NCBI GenBank assembly: GCA_027459505.1
Contig: DAIDIE010000021.1
Location: 16,803 to 80,802, forward strand
Source: Acidobacteriota bacterium
Lineage (GTDB): Bacteria; Acidobacteriota; Terriglobia; Terriglobales; SCQP01
DNA: 64,000 nt
Direction: 5' to 3'
Shown piece after piece: positions 1-9,047 of the stretch. A model generated the notes under the pieces. That model was not told where the DNA came from and searched no databases. It saw only the letters and a list, made by a program, of their open reading frames with translations. How positions within the stretch are numbered: position 1 is the stretch's first letter; every line of letters starts with the position of its first letter. A program made the translations under genes and the position numbers.

Positions 1-1056
1 GCTCCCGCCGCGGCCAGGGCGGTTGCCGCGCCTGGAAAGCCTGCCCACGGTCCAGCGGTCAACTTCCACAAACGCAGCGTTCTCTATGGAAAGCTGGGTA
101 TCAACCCCATGGGCGTTCGGCAAGGGGCCATTGGGAGTTGTTTCGTCTTCGCCACCATTGCCTCGATCGCCGCGAAGGATCCCAAGCTAGTCGGCGGTAT
201 GTTGCACCCGCAACCGGACGGAACTGTCCAGGTAAGTTTCGCCGACGGCAGCAGCGAAATTGTGCATCCGGACGACGTGCTCTATGCTCGCCAGCTTGGC
301 TTCGACCATTCCGACGGCCTCTGGGTGGGTGTCTTGATGCGCGCCTTTGCGCAGCATGTCTCGCGCTCGGCTCTGGTCGCGGCGATTCAAGCCGAGAACC
401 TGTCGCCGTGGACAACTGCAATGCTGGTACGGGGCGTTGAAAACAGCGACACAATTTTTACCGCCTGGGATCGCGCAGTGCGCACCGCAACCGGAGCTAC
501 TGGAGAGATCGCGCCGGTCACGCTGCAGCGGGCGTTGAAGACACAATTGTCGCAACCCTGGATTCCGGACGCGCTGGCTAACGAAGTCCTTGCAGCCGCT
601 TCCGGCAGCAATTTTCTCCAAACCATAACGGATGCGGTCAACAGCAACCCCGAGGCGTTTGGAGCCTACCGGGCCATTGGCAGCGGCGGTTCGCTGTTGG
701 GTCCGATGCGCGCGTGGCTGCCCCACATCCGGCTGCAGTCAACCAAAGACTGCGCCGCCACCCGGCACTGGCTGGAGCGGGCTCTCGCCTCCGCACAAGC
801 AATGACCGCCGCCAGTCGCCGGCAACTCCCTGCGGCCACAAACAACGGGACCATGGACTGGTGGGTGGCACAACACGCCTACTCGGTTTTGGACTACGAC
901 GCCGGGAGCGACACTGTGACCATTCGTAATCCCTGGGGGGAGAAACCCGGCCCTGATGGCATCAGTCATATCCCGATGGCGAGCTTTTGTGCTGGATTCA
1001 ACGAGGTGGTGGCCGGCTATGCGCGGCCGCAAGCGGAGGAGGCAGGCAAGCAATGA
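1..1056 (+). CDS. calpain-like cysteine peptidase (peptidase C2 family), 5'-partial
   Basis: Frame 1 is open from nt 1, so the gene probably starts upstream of the window. Catalytic-triad motifs match the calpain signature: QGAIGSC (Cys codon 139-141), QHAYSV (His 874-876), IRNPWG (Asn 928-930). Confidence 0.8.
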   Translation, partial: APAAARAVAAPGKPAHGPAVNFHKRSVLYGKLGINPMGVRQGAIGSCFVFATIASIAAKDPKLVGGMLHPQPDGTVQVSFADGSSEIVHPDDVLYARQLGFDHSDGLWVGVLMRAFAQHVSRSALVAAIQAENLSPWTTAMLVRGVENSDTIFTAWDRAVRTATGATGEIAPVTLQRALKTQLSQPWIPDALANEVLAAASGSNFLQTITDAVNSNPEAFGAYRAIGSGGSLLGPMRAWLPHIRLQSTKDCAATRHWLERALASAQAMTAASRRQLPAATNNGTMDWWVAQHAYSVLDYDAGSDTVTIRNPWGEKPGPDGISHIPMASFCAGFNEVVAGYARPQAEEAGKQ

Positions 1057-1958
1057 GTCGAATAGTTCTGGAGCTGGAAGATGGCGGAGGGGCGTGGACG
1101 TTTGAGCAGCCTACTGTTCTGGCGGGCCGCCTGCCCGAATGCGATCTGGCGCTCGACAGCTCCCGTTTCGCGACCGCTTCCCGTCGCCACTTCTGCCTGC
1201 ATTTAGCGCCCAACTTGGTGGAAATTGAAGACTTGGGCAGTTCCAACGGCACTTGGGTCAATCACCGCCGTGTGCAGCGGCAGCGGCTGCAAAACGGGGA
1301 CCGGATCGGACTCAGCGAAGCTGGCGGACCGCTGCTGCTGGTCAAGGAAATCGCCGGGATGCCTTTAGCCGCGACCGTGGTGGCCGCGCCCTCGCCTGCT
1401 TTCGGCGCCGCCTCGGCTGCCACCATTGTTACGCCGGCGCGCCCCGCCCGTACCGTGCCGCCCCCCTCGCCCTTTCCCAACTCCACGCCCACCGTGGTGA
1501 CCCCTGCGCGCGGGGAAGCGCTGTATTCTCCCCAGCCAGCAACGGTCAAAAGCGGCGAGCAACCAGCCGCGGCGCGCGCGGACGCCGACAGCGGAGCAGC
1601 TATGAACCAGAAATTGCGCGGCATTCAGCGCCTCTTGTTTGCCGTGTTGGTGTTGAATGTGGCGTTGACGGTGATCTTACTGACTCAGATTAGCCGTACC
1701 CAGGACATGGTGCAGACCCTGCAAACCCGCGCCGACAACGCCGTCGCCCTCTTTCAACCGCAACTCGACGATCGCATGAACAAACTGGACAAGCGACTCG
1801 ATCAGGCCCAAGTCAGCATGAAGCAATCGCAGGACGCCTTTGCGGCCCGCATGCGTCATGAGCTCCCGCAAGTGATGGATCAATATCTGAACGGAAAAAT
1901 GCGGCAACTGGGAAAGAACGGCAATCTCGAAGTACTAAAACAACACGTTCACCCATAA
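1053..1958 (+). CDS. FHA domain-containing protein with C-terminal TM helix and coiled coil
   Basis: The ATG at 1053 overlaps the upstream stop (ATGA). The N-terminus reads LAGRLPECDLALD..ASRRHF..DLGSSNGTWVN..RIGL, a typical FHA fold signature. A hydrophobic helix (LLFAVLVLNVALTVILL) follows a Pro/Ala-rich linker. Confidence 0.8.
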   Translation: MSRIVLELEDGGGAWTFEQPTVLAGRLPECDLALDSSRFATASRRHFCLHLAPNLVEIEDLGSSNGTWVNHRRVQRQRLQNGDRIGLSEAGGPLLLVKEIAGMPLAATVVAAPSPAFGAASAATIVTPARPARTVPPPSPFPNSTPTVVTPARGEALYSPQPATVKSGEQPAAARADADSGAAMNQKLRGIQRLLFAVLVLNVALTVILLTQISRTQDMVQTLQTRADNAVALFQPQLDDRMNKLDKRLDQAQVSMKQSQDAFAARMRHELPQVMDQYLNGKMRQLGKNGNLEVLKQHVHP

Positions 1959-1962
1959 AGCC

Positions 1963-3477
1963 ATGCCAAGCCGGAAATCACCGCCCCATCAACGTCGTCT
2001 CGCTCAACACAGGCCCTACGCGCGGAGCCTGCGCCATCTTCTCCAGTCCGCGCTGCGCGCCAGCAGCTGTCTGGGACTGCTTCTGGGCATGGTCACACTG
2101 GCCGCTGTGGGACAGTGCTGGGAATCGACGGCGACGCCGGAAGCTCCTCAGGTTCGCTTCACGCCAACCGATCTCTCGCTGCTCAACCTAAGCCGCGACC
2201 ATGTCACCCTCACCCTCGCGGCGCGCGTCGAAGCGCCCGCCTCGGCGGAAGTGGTGGACGTGCGCGGAATTGCACTGACAATTAATCAGTTGCCGGTCTT
2301 CCTCAAGCCTCGGCAACTGCACCTCCAACTTCGTAAGAACCAGGTTGTTCAACTCCCCAAGCCACTGGACCTCGCGATTTACCTGCGCGACTGGGCTTCG
2401 CTCGCGTCTCTGCAGAACGCGCTCAAGACAGGCCAGGTGAAGGTGCACGGAACTCTGCTGCTTCGCGTGCGCCCGGGAGGTCTGGGCAAGCTTTTTGTGG
2501 GGATGGCAAGCGTTCCCGTCAGTCTCGACACAGCCATTCCCGTAGTGCTGCCCGCCTGGAGCAAGTGGCTGGGGCCGGCCAGCGATGTCGCTGACGTTGC
2601 CGGCAATGGCGCGGCCCTGCTCTCTAGTTGGTCGCAAAAGGCCATGCAACTGCTTCCCGGCAGCGCCGCCGCCCCGGCGCCCCCCGCGCCCGTACTTTTT
2701 GCGGCCAGCAGGACGCGCATTCCCAGTGCGCTGGGAACACGGGAATTCTGGTGTACCGGGGTAGCCGTGCGGGTCACGCAAGGCGAGGTGCTGGTGCCCA
2801 AGGATTTGGTCCTGCCCTGGCGCTTTGATCCGAGTCTGGGGCTGGCACTGGGTCCCCACGCCAACCCGGCGACGCTCGATTTCAATGTTTGGCTGTGGCC
2901 GCAACAGGCCAAGGTGAGCGAGTTGGGAAGGCTGGACGGCAAACATGCCTGGCAGCTGCGGCGCGGAGACCTGGTACTGGCCAAGCAGGGCAAAGCCACG
3001 ATGAAGACCGTGTACGTGCCCAAATTGGAGAAGGGCGTCAAGCGTCTGCGGCTGGAACGCCAGATCGAGCCCGGCAATTGGGCACTACTGCGCTTCAGTC
3101 ACCCACCCCCTCTGAGCGTCGTCCCGATAGTGCCGCTGGCGCCGCCTGGAACCCTACCGCCCACTGCCGTCTTGTTTCGCTTCCCGCAAGGGCTGCAGGC
3201 GAGCATGGCGCAAGCGGATCGCCTGGAACTCAGCTTGCAACCGCTCACAACGCAAGCTGGATCGCATTCGCCCTTCCCTGCCCTGCAATTGGCCGCGCCA
3301 CTAGATGCCAGCGCGTGGGGATCGCCAGTGCTCTCCCCAGGCGGGCTGATCGGTGTCCTGATTGGGCAGCGCGCCATTCTCGACGAGGCGGATATCATTC
3401 AGCAGGTGGGATTGCAGCCAGCCGTGCCAGGAAAGACCAGCGCACCGCCCAAAACGCCCGCAACCGGTGGCCGTTAA
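1963..3477 (+). CDS. hypothetical membrane-anchored protein
   Basis: Starts 5 nt after the FHA gene stop on the same strand. It has a basic N-terminus followed by a TM helix (CLGLLLGMVTLAAV). I recognise no confident family. The C-terminal GSPVLSPGGLIGVLIG is only weakly protease-like. Confidence 0.55.
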   Translation: MPSRKSPPHQRRLAQHRPYARSLRHLLQSALRASSCLGLLLGMVTLAAVGQCWESTATPEAPQVRFTPTDLSLLNLSRDHVTLTLAARVEAPASAEVVDVRGIALTINQLPVFLKPRQLHLQLRKNQVVQLPKPLDLAIYLRDWASLASLQNALKTGQVKVHGTLLLRVRPGGLGKLFVGMASVPVSLDTAIPVVLPAWSKWLGPASDVADVAGNGAALLSSWSQKAMQLLPGSAAAPAPPAPVLFAASRTRIPSALGTREFWCTGVAVRVTQGEVLVPKDLVLPWRFDPSLGLALGPHANPATLDFNVWLWPQQAKVSELGRLDGKHAWQLRRGDLVLAKQGKATMKTVYVPKLEKGVKRLRLERQIEPGNWALLRFSHPPPLSVVPIVPLAPPGTLPPTAVLFRFPQGLQASMAQADRLELSLQPLTTQAGSHSPFPALQLAAPLDASAWGSPVLSPGGLIGVLIGQRAILDEADIIQQVGLQPAVPGKTSAPPKTPATGGR

Positions 3478-3528
3478 CAAACCCTGCGGTAACTCCGCCC
3501 GCGATTGCGGAATCGGTGTGCACGCGTC

Positions 3529-5013
3529 TTAGCGCTGGTTATCGGAACGGGGTTCGGGGTGAATCGTGACCCGTGAGAGTTCCGGGAGGGCGCGCTTCAG
3601 CTCGGCTTCAATGGTGGTCAGAATCTCGTGCACGCGGGCAACTTCCATCTGATCCGGCAGACTGCAGTGAAACGAGAGGGCCAAATGGCCAGCGCTGCGC
3701 CGTAACTGGTAATCATGCGCGTCCAGCACCCCCGGCTGATGACGCGTTATGCGCTCGGCGATTTTCTTGAGCCGCTCGGTTTCTACCAGGTCCGCTGCGG
3801 GAATCGCGCCAAACTCCGGCTCAATGTGGGTAATGATGTGGGAGATCTGCGGCAGTTCGCGTTTGATTTCGGCCTCGATGGCGCTCACCCAATCATGGGC
3901 CTGCTTCAGGCTGAGGTGCTCTTCGACCTCAACGTGCAACTCCACGTTGAGTTCCCCCGCGAGATCATAAATCGACAGGTCATGCACGGAAACATTGGAG
4001 CGCTGCGCGATGGCGCGAATGCTCTCAAACAGATTGAGGGTGGGCGGCTGCCCAGGGCGGGTATCCACCACCACGTCCGCTGAGGGCGCTTCCAATTGAA
4101 TCCGGCGCATCACCTCGTCGCGCACCTGGTGGGCGCGCTCCAGGGTCAGCGTGCGCTGCACGGCCAATTGCAAGTCGACGAAGTAGCGGCTTCCGGAGCG
4201 CCGCAGACGCAGGCGCTCGACCTGCAACACGCCGGGAACGGTTGCCGCCAATGAGCGAAGCGTTTCCAATAGCGAAACCGGCGCTTCATCCAGCAAGGCC
4301 CCGGCGGTGCGGCGGGCCAGCCGGACCGCCAACAAGGTCATAAAAACCGCGACTGCGCATGCGGCTATGGCGTCCGCATGGCGCAGTTCCCAAATGTGCA
4401 GGGCGGGCGCGGCGGCCACCAGGGCCAGACCACAGAGCACCGCGACGCTGCTCCACAAATCGCTGGAGAAGTTGAGGGCGTCGGCGGCCAGCGCATCACT
4501 ATCCAACTCGCGCGCGGCACGGCCTAGAAAACGGCTGCGCCAGCCGTCGATGCCGATCGACAGCAACAAAACGGCAAATGCGGCGGCGCTGGGCTCAACC
4601 ACTGCGGCGGCACGGTTCCAGTTCAAAGCCGCTGTCACCACAATCACGGCAGCGGTCAGCAGCAGCAATCCAGTCTGTAAAAAAGCGGAAAAATTCTCGA
4701 ATTTGCCGTGGCCGAAAGGATGGTTTTCGTCCGCAGGTCGCGCCGCCACTTTGACCGAAAACCAGGTCAGCAGCGAAGCAAACAAATCCAGGCCCGAGTG
4801 CGCCGCCTCCGCTAAGAGTCCCAGGCTGTGTGTCGCCAGCGCCACAATCAGCTTGACGCACAACAGCAGGATCGTTAGCAAAAGCGAATAGAGCGCCACC
4901 TGGGACTTGCGCCCGGAGGCCGGAACTACTGCCGTCATCGGGTTGGTGGCTCCCATGGTCAGAAGTGCAGTCCCACGACCATCATACAGAGGCGGGGCTT
5001 GGGGGCTTTTCAT
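3529..5013 (-). CDS. cation diffusion facilitator (CDF) family metal efflux transporter with three tandem C-terminal cytoplasmic domains
   Basis: CDF TM signature HSGLDLFASLL...ADENHPFGHGKFENFSAF. Three successive ZT_dimer-like repeats each end in ...HxEP / DTRP. The start was chosen at the internal Met (MKSPQ); the ORF extends to 5166. Confidence 0.8.
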   Translation of the reverse strand: MKSPQAPPLYDGRGTALLTMGATNPMTAVVPASGRKSQVALYSLLLTILLLCVKLIVALATHSLGLLAEAAHSGLDLFASLLTWFSVKVAARPADENHPFGHGKFENFSAFLQTGLLLLTAAVIVVTAALNWNRAAAVVEPSAAAFAVLLLSIGIDGWRSRFLGRAARELDSDALAADALNFSSDLWSSVAVLCGLALVAAAPALHIWELRHADAIAACAVAVFMTLLAVRLARRTAGALLDEAPVSLLETLRSLAATVPGVLQVERLRLRRSGSRYFVDLQLAVQRTLTLERAHQVRDEVMRRIQLEAPSADVVVDTRPGQPPTLNLFESIRAIAQRSNVSVHDLSIYDLAGELNVELHVEVEEHLSLKQAHDWVSAIEAEIKRELPQISHIITHIEPEFGAIPAADLVETERLKKIAERITRHQPGVLDAHDYQLRRSAGHLALSFHCSLPDQMEVARVHEILTTIEAELKRALPELSRVTIHPEPRSDNQR

Positions 5014-5246
5014 ATAAGCGGCCTCCCGGACGGCAGCCGCCTCGCTGCCATTGTGCTCAAAAAGCAACTCCGGCTGCCACCCTCTCCCCCTGCGCTCCCT
5101 CTCCATGAACTGTAAAGCACTTCCTGACAACAGGTTGTGCAGGGGCCGGCGTATGGCCGTTGACACTCCGGTGGGGCTCAGCGAAAATATACTTTCTTGT
5201 CCAGATTCCCGGAGAAGAGCATTTCACCCCCAAGGGGAAGCCAGGC

Positions 5247-6521
5247 ATGGGCCTACTGGAGCAGTTGGTCATTACGCTGCGAGAGGGCGTCGAAGCGGCG
5301 TTGATTGTCGCTATTGCCCTCACTTATCTGCGCAAGATCCAGCGCACCGACCTGAACCGGGTGGTCTATTACGCCTTGGGCGGCGCCGTGGCGGTTTCAA
5401 TGGCGGCAGCGGTGCTGATGACCCGTCTGAACCTGAGCGACGACCGCTTTGAAGGCTGGGTCATGCTGGTCGCAGGCATCTTTGTCTCCTCCATGGTGTT
5501 CTGGATGGCGCGCGCCGGAAAGACGATGAAGCGGGAGATCGAGGCACGCATGGCTAACGTCTCGGCCACCGGCCTGTTCCTGCTGATTTTCTTTATGGTG
5601 CTGCGCGAAGGCGTCGAAACTGTCCTCATGTTGACCGCCATCGCGTTGAATACCACCGCTGTGCTGGCGTGGTTAGGCTCGGTGATCGGACTGGGGCTGG
5701 CGCTGCTGTTCGCGGTCGCCTTTGTCAAGGGCAGCATCAAGGTCCCGCTCGGAAGCTTTTTCCGAATCACGTCAGCCATCCTGGCTGTCATCGCCGCACA
5801 GCTTTTTATTTCCGGGTTTCATGAGCTGGCCGAAGCTGGTGTGCTGCCTTCATCCCGGGCGGAGATGGCGCTGATTGGCCCGATTGTCCGCAATGATGTC
5901 TTCTTCTTTGTGGTGATTCTGGGGTTGACGGCCTTGTTGCTCCTGCGGGAGCGTTTTGCTTTGCGTCCGGCGAGTGCGATTCCGGCTGACGCCAGCCCGG
6001 CGCAGAAGCGGCGCATTGCCGCCGACAACCGGCGGCAACGGCTGTGGTCCATGGCCGCCTTCGTGGGATCGTTTGCGATACTACTGCTCATTGGGGCGGA
6101 GTTCGCCTACGCACGCTCGGTTCGCGCTGTGACACCAGCCGAGCCGGTGCGGCCCTTGCTGGGCATTGTGCGTATTCCTCTCAGCCAGGTTTCCGATGGC
6201 AAGTTTCATCGCTTTGTCGCGCAGGCCGGCAACCAGCGCATTCATTTTTTTGCCATCCGGCGGCCGAACGGAACCATCGCGGTAGCGCTCGATGCCTGCG
6301 CCATCTGCGGGAGCCTGGGATATTACCAGCAGGGCGGACAGGTGCATTGCCGCAATTGCGATGCCCCGGTCAACACTGGATCGATCGGGATGAAGGGCGG
6401 CTGCAATCCGATTCCGCTGACCTACCAGCAGCAGGATGATGCGCTGGAAGTCACCATTACGGCTTTGGCGCAGGCCAGCCGGACGATAGCGAGCAACGGC
6501 GGGGCCAACCAGGGGCATTAA
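5247..6521 (+). CDS. FTR1-family iron permease fused to a DUF2318-like Cys-rich domain
   Basis: Two REGxE motifs (TLREGVEAALIV, VLREGVETVLML) are typical of FTR1/EfeU. The C-terminal DACAICGSLGYYQQGGQVHCRNCDAPV..GGCNPIPL matches the DUF2318 ('Fe-S-containing protein') pattern. The start was set at ATG 5247; the ORF opens at TTG 5160. Confidence 0.8.
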   Translation: MGLLEQLVITLREGVEAALIVAIALTYLRKIQRTDLNRVVYYALGGAVAVSMAAAVLMTRLNLSDDRFEGWVMLVAGIFVSSMVFWMARAGKTMKREIEARMANVSATGLFLLIFFMVLREGVETVLMLTAIALNTTAVLAWLGSVIGLGLALLFAVAFVKGSIKVPLGSFFRITSAILAVIAAQLFISGFHELAEAGVLPSSRAEMALIGPIVRNDVFFFVVILGLTALLLLRERFALRPASAIPADASPAQKRRIAADNRRQRLWSMAAFVGSFAILLLIGAEFAYARSVRAVTPAEPVRPLLGIVRIPLSQVSDGKFHRFVAQAGNQRIHFFAIRRPNGTIAVALDACAICGSLGYYQQGGQVHCRNCDAPVNTGSIGMKGGCNPIPLTYQQQDDALEVTITALAQASRTIASNGGANQGH

Positions 6522-6579
6522 GGCGCTTCCCGGGCAAATAGGCGCGGGAGAGCTTGCGGCGACGCAGATCGCGTTTTCC

Positions 6580-7893
6580 ATGACGGGGCGGATTCTCAAA
6601 CAGGCGTTCGCACGGCAGCGGGGCCGCAAGGCATTGGCGGCGTTGGCCATTCTCTGCGGTATGGCGGTAGTGAGCACAATGCTCACGATTCGCATGAACA
6701 TCGGCGATGACCTGAACCGCGAATTGCGCAGCTATGGCGCGAACATCTTGGTGCAGCCCGTCGACGACAGCCTCCCCCTCGCCATTGATGGCGTCGATTT
6801 GCGGCCCGCCCGCGAGGGAGCCTCTCTCAGCGAGGCCGATCTGGGGGCCATTAAGAATACCTTCTGGGGCAACAACATTGTCGCCTTTGCTCCCCAGTTG
6901 TTTGCGCCCGCCATCGTGCGCGGGGGCAGCGGCCAACTCGGGGTTGAGGTGGAAGGTACCTACTTCAACCACGCCATTCGCATACCCAACACCAACCGCG
7001 TCATCCGCACCGGAATGGAGCGGCTGGCGTCAAGCTGGAAAATTAATGGGGAATGGCCCCAGGAGCCATCCGCCCCGGACAAAACAGCGGCGGGTGCGAG
7101 CGTTCAGGTGCTGGTGGGCGTGGCAGTGGCGGAACAGCTGCATCTGGCGCCTGGGTCGGCCATTGAACTAAGGCAGTCAAACACCGCAATCGCTGCGCGG
7201 GTAAGCGGAATCGTGACCACGGGCGGCGCGGAAGATCGCGAGGTGATTGCGCCACTAGGGGCCGTGCAGCGTCTCGCCAGTGCCCCTGGCGCGGTGCGGC
7301 AAATACTGGTCTCCGCAGTCACCAAGCCGGAAGACGCCTTCGCACGCCAGGACCCCGCGAAGCTGAGCCCTCAGCAGGCCGAGCGCTGGCTTTGCTCGCC
7401 TTACGCCACTTCAATTGCGCGGGAGATCCAGGACGCCATTCCCGGCTCGGTCGCCCATCCTCTGCGGCCGGTGGAAAAGAGCGAAGGTGCGGTGCTCTCG
7501 AAGATGAACCTGCTGACGTTGTTCATTACTTTGACGGCTCTGTTGGCCAGCTCCCTCGCCTTGGCCAGTGTCATGAGCGCCGCCGTGGTGGAGCGGCGTC
7601 CGGAAATCGCCGTCATGAAGTCATTGGGCGCCGAGGATCATTCGATTGCCCTGCTGTTTCTGATCGAAGCGGCGCTGCTGGGCATCGGCAGCGGGACTGC
7701 CGGCTTTTTCCTCGGTGAATGGCTGGCGGGAGTGGTTTCGCGCAGCGTATTGGGCTATGCCGCGCAGTGGAAGCCAGCCCTGGCGCCGCTCATTATTCTT
7801 CTTTCCGCCGCGGTTGTCATGCTGGGCAGCATGGGCGCCGTGCGCCGCGCCATGCGGACCGATCCGGCTCTCTTATTGCGGAGCGCGTCATGA
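6580..7893 (+). CDS. ABC transporter permease, FtsX/MacB-like
   Basis: N-terminal TM helix, a large periplasmic loop, and a C-terminal FtsX-type 3-TM bundle (EIAVMKSLGAEDHSIALLFLIEAALLG). Confidence 0.8.
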   Translation: MTGRILKQAFARQRGRKALAALAILCGMAVVSTMLTIRMNIGDDLNRELRSYGANILVQPVDDSLPLAIDGVDLRPAREGASLSEADLGAIKNTFWGNNIVAFAPQLFAPAIVRGGSGQLGVEVEGTYFNHAIRIPNTNRVIRTGMERLASSWKINGEWPQEPSAPDKTAAGASVQVLVGVAVAEQLHLAPGSAIELRQSNTAIAARVSGIVTTGGAEDREVIAPLGAVQRLASAPGAVRQILVSAVTKPEDAFARQDPAKLSPQQAERWLCSPYATSIAREIQDAIPGSVAHPLRPVEKSEGAVLSKMNLLTLFITLTALLASSLALASVMSAAVVERRPEIAVMKSLGAEDHSIALLFLIEAALLGIGSGTAGFFLGEWLAGVVSRSVLGYAAQWKPALAPLIILLSAAVVMLGSMGAVRRAMRTDPALLLRSAS

Positions 7894-9035
7894 GCCGGCA
7901 AACGCGGCGCGGTCAGTGGGGATCTGCCAGTCTGGTACTGGCGTCGGTGCGTCGCCGTAAAAGCAAGCTGTTGCTCGCCAGTGTGGCTCTTGCCGTGGGC
8001 GGTATGCTCATGTCAGGCCTATTAACGATCTATCGCGGCGTCTCCACCAACCTCAGCTCGCAGTTCCGGCAATATGGTCCGAACGTCTTCGTTACCCGGA
8101 GCGATGGAGGACTGCTGCCGAGCGCGGAGGCAAGCAGAATTCAACGCCTCATCGGAAACCGGGACCGGAGCGCGGGAGTGCTCTATGCCACGGTGCACGC
8201 CAGTTCACCATCCGAACAGGCCTTGCCAGTTCCTGCGATTCTCGCCGGCGCCAGTCTGACGCAGCTTCGAGACCTGAACCCCGCTTGGCGACTCTTGCCG
8301 GCAAATCCCCGTACGCAAGCGGGACTATGGCTCGGTAATCGCGCCGCGCGGACGCTGCACGTGCGGGTTGGTGACCGCCTCACACTCCGCTTCGGCGCCC
8401 AGCAGCAAACACTGCCAGTGCTGGCTCTGGTTTCCAGCGGAGGATCGGTGGACAGCCAGATTCTTGCCCCAAGCCAGGTCGCGCGGAGCCTCACCGGTCT
8501 GAGCGGCTACACCAACCTGGAGCTTCAGATCGGGGGAGAGCCGGCTGCCATTCAGGCGACGGTGCGGCGCCTGCGGCGGGCGCTGCCCACTTTGCGGATC
8601 AGTCCTCTGCGCCAGATCACCGAGACGGAGGGCCACATTGTTCTGAATACGCGAGGCATGCTGGTTGCCGCAACCGCGCTGATCCTGTTGACCATTGCCT
8701 TATGTGTGTCCGCCGCGCTGACCAGCATGGCGATGGAGCGTCGCAAGGATTTCGCGGTCATGAAGGCGCTGGGCGCCGGCGAAGGACAAATTTTTGCGGC
8801 CTTCGTCAGTGAAGGCGCGCTGCTGGGCCTGGCGGGCGGTCTGGCGGGTTCCGCGGCGGGCGCGCTGATCGCGCTATTCATTGGCGAAGCGGTGTTCGGG
8901 GTGGCGCTGCACCCCAGTGTTGGCCTGCTAGTGGAGACGTCGGCGGCGACTATGATCCTGTCGAGTCTGGCGGCCTTGACGCCATGGCCTCTTTTGCAAC
9001 GCATCAGCCCGGCTACAATCTTAAAAGGTGAATAA
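7890..9035 (+). CDS. ABC transporter permease, FtsX/MacB-like (second copy)
   Basis: The ATG at 7890 overlaps the upstream stop (ATGA). C-terminal FtsX motif DFAVMKALGAGEGQIFAAFVSEGALLG. Confidence 0.8.
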   Translation: MSRQTRRGQWGSASLVLASVRRRKSKLLLASVALAVGGMLMSGLLTIYRGVSTNLSSQFRQYGPNVFVTRSDGGLLPSAEASRIQRLIGNRDRSAGVLYATVHASSPSEQALPVPAILAGASLTQLRDLNPAWRLLPANPRTQAGLWLGNRAARTLHVRVGDRLTLRFGAQQQTLPVLALVSSGGSVDSQILAPSQVARSLTGLSGYTNLELQIGGEPAAIQATVRRLRRALPTLRISPLRQITETEGHIVLNTRGMLVAATALILLTIALCVSAALTSMAMERRKDFAVMKALGAGEGQIFAAFVSEGALLGLAGGLAGSAAGALIALFIGEAVFGVALHPSVGLLVETSAATMILSSLAALTPWPLLQRISPATILKGE

Positions 9036-9047
9036 CGCGACGCGCCC

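Noticed and set aside
987-1052. Upstream start (987) for the FHA gene, and 53094 for the radical SAM gene
   Set aside because: These extensions overlap the preceding genes by 60-70 nt and encode Gly/Arg-rich junk. The ATGs at 1053 and 53154 give classic 4-nt and 8-nt coupling overlaps and sensible N-termini.
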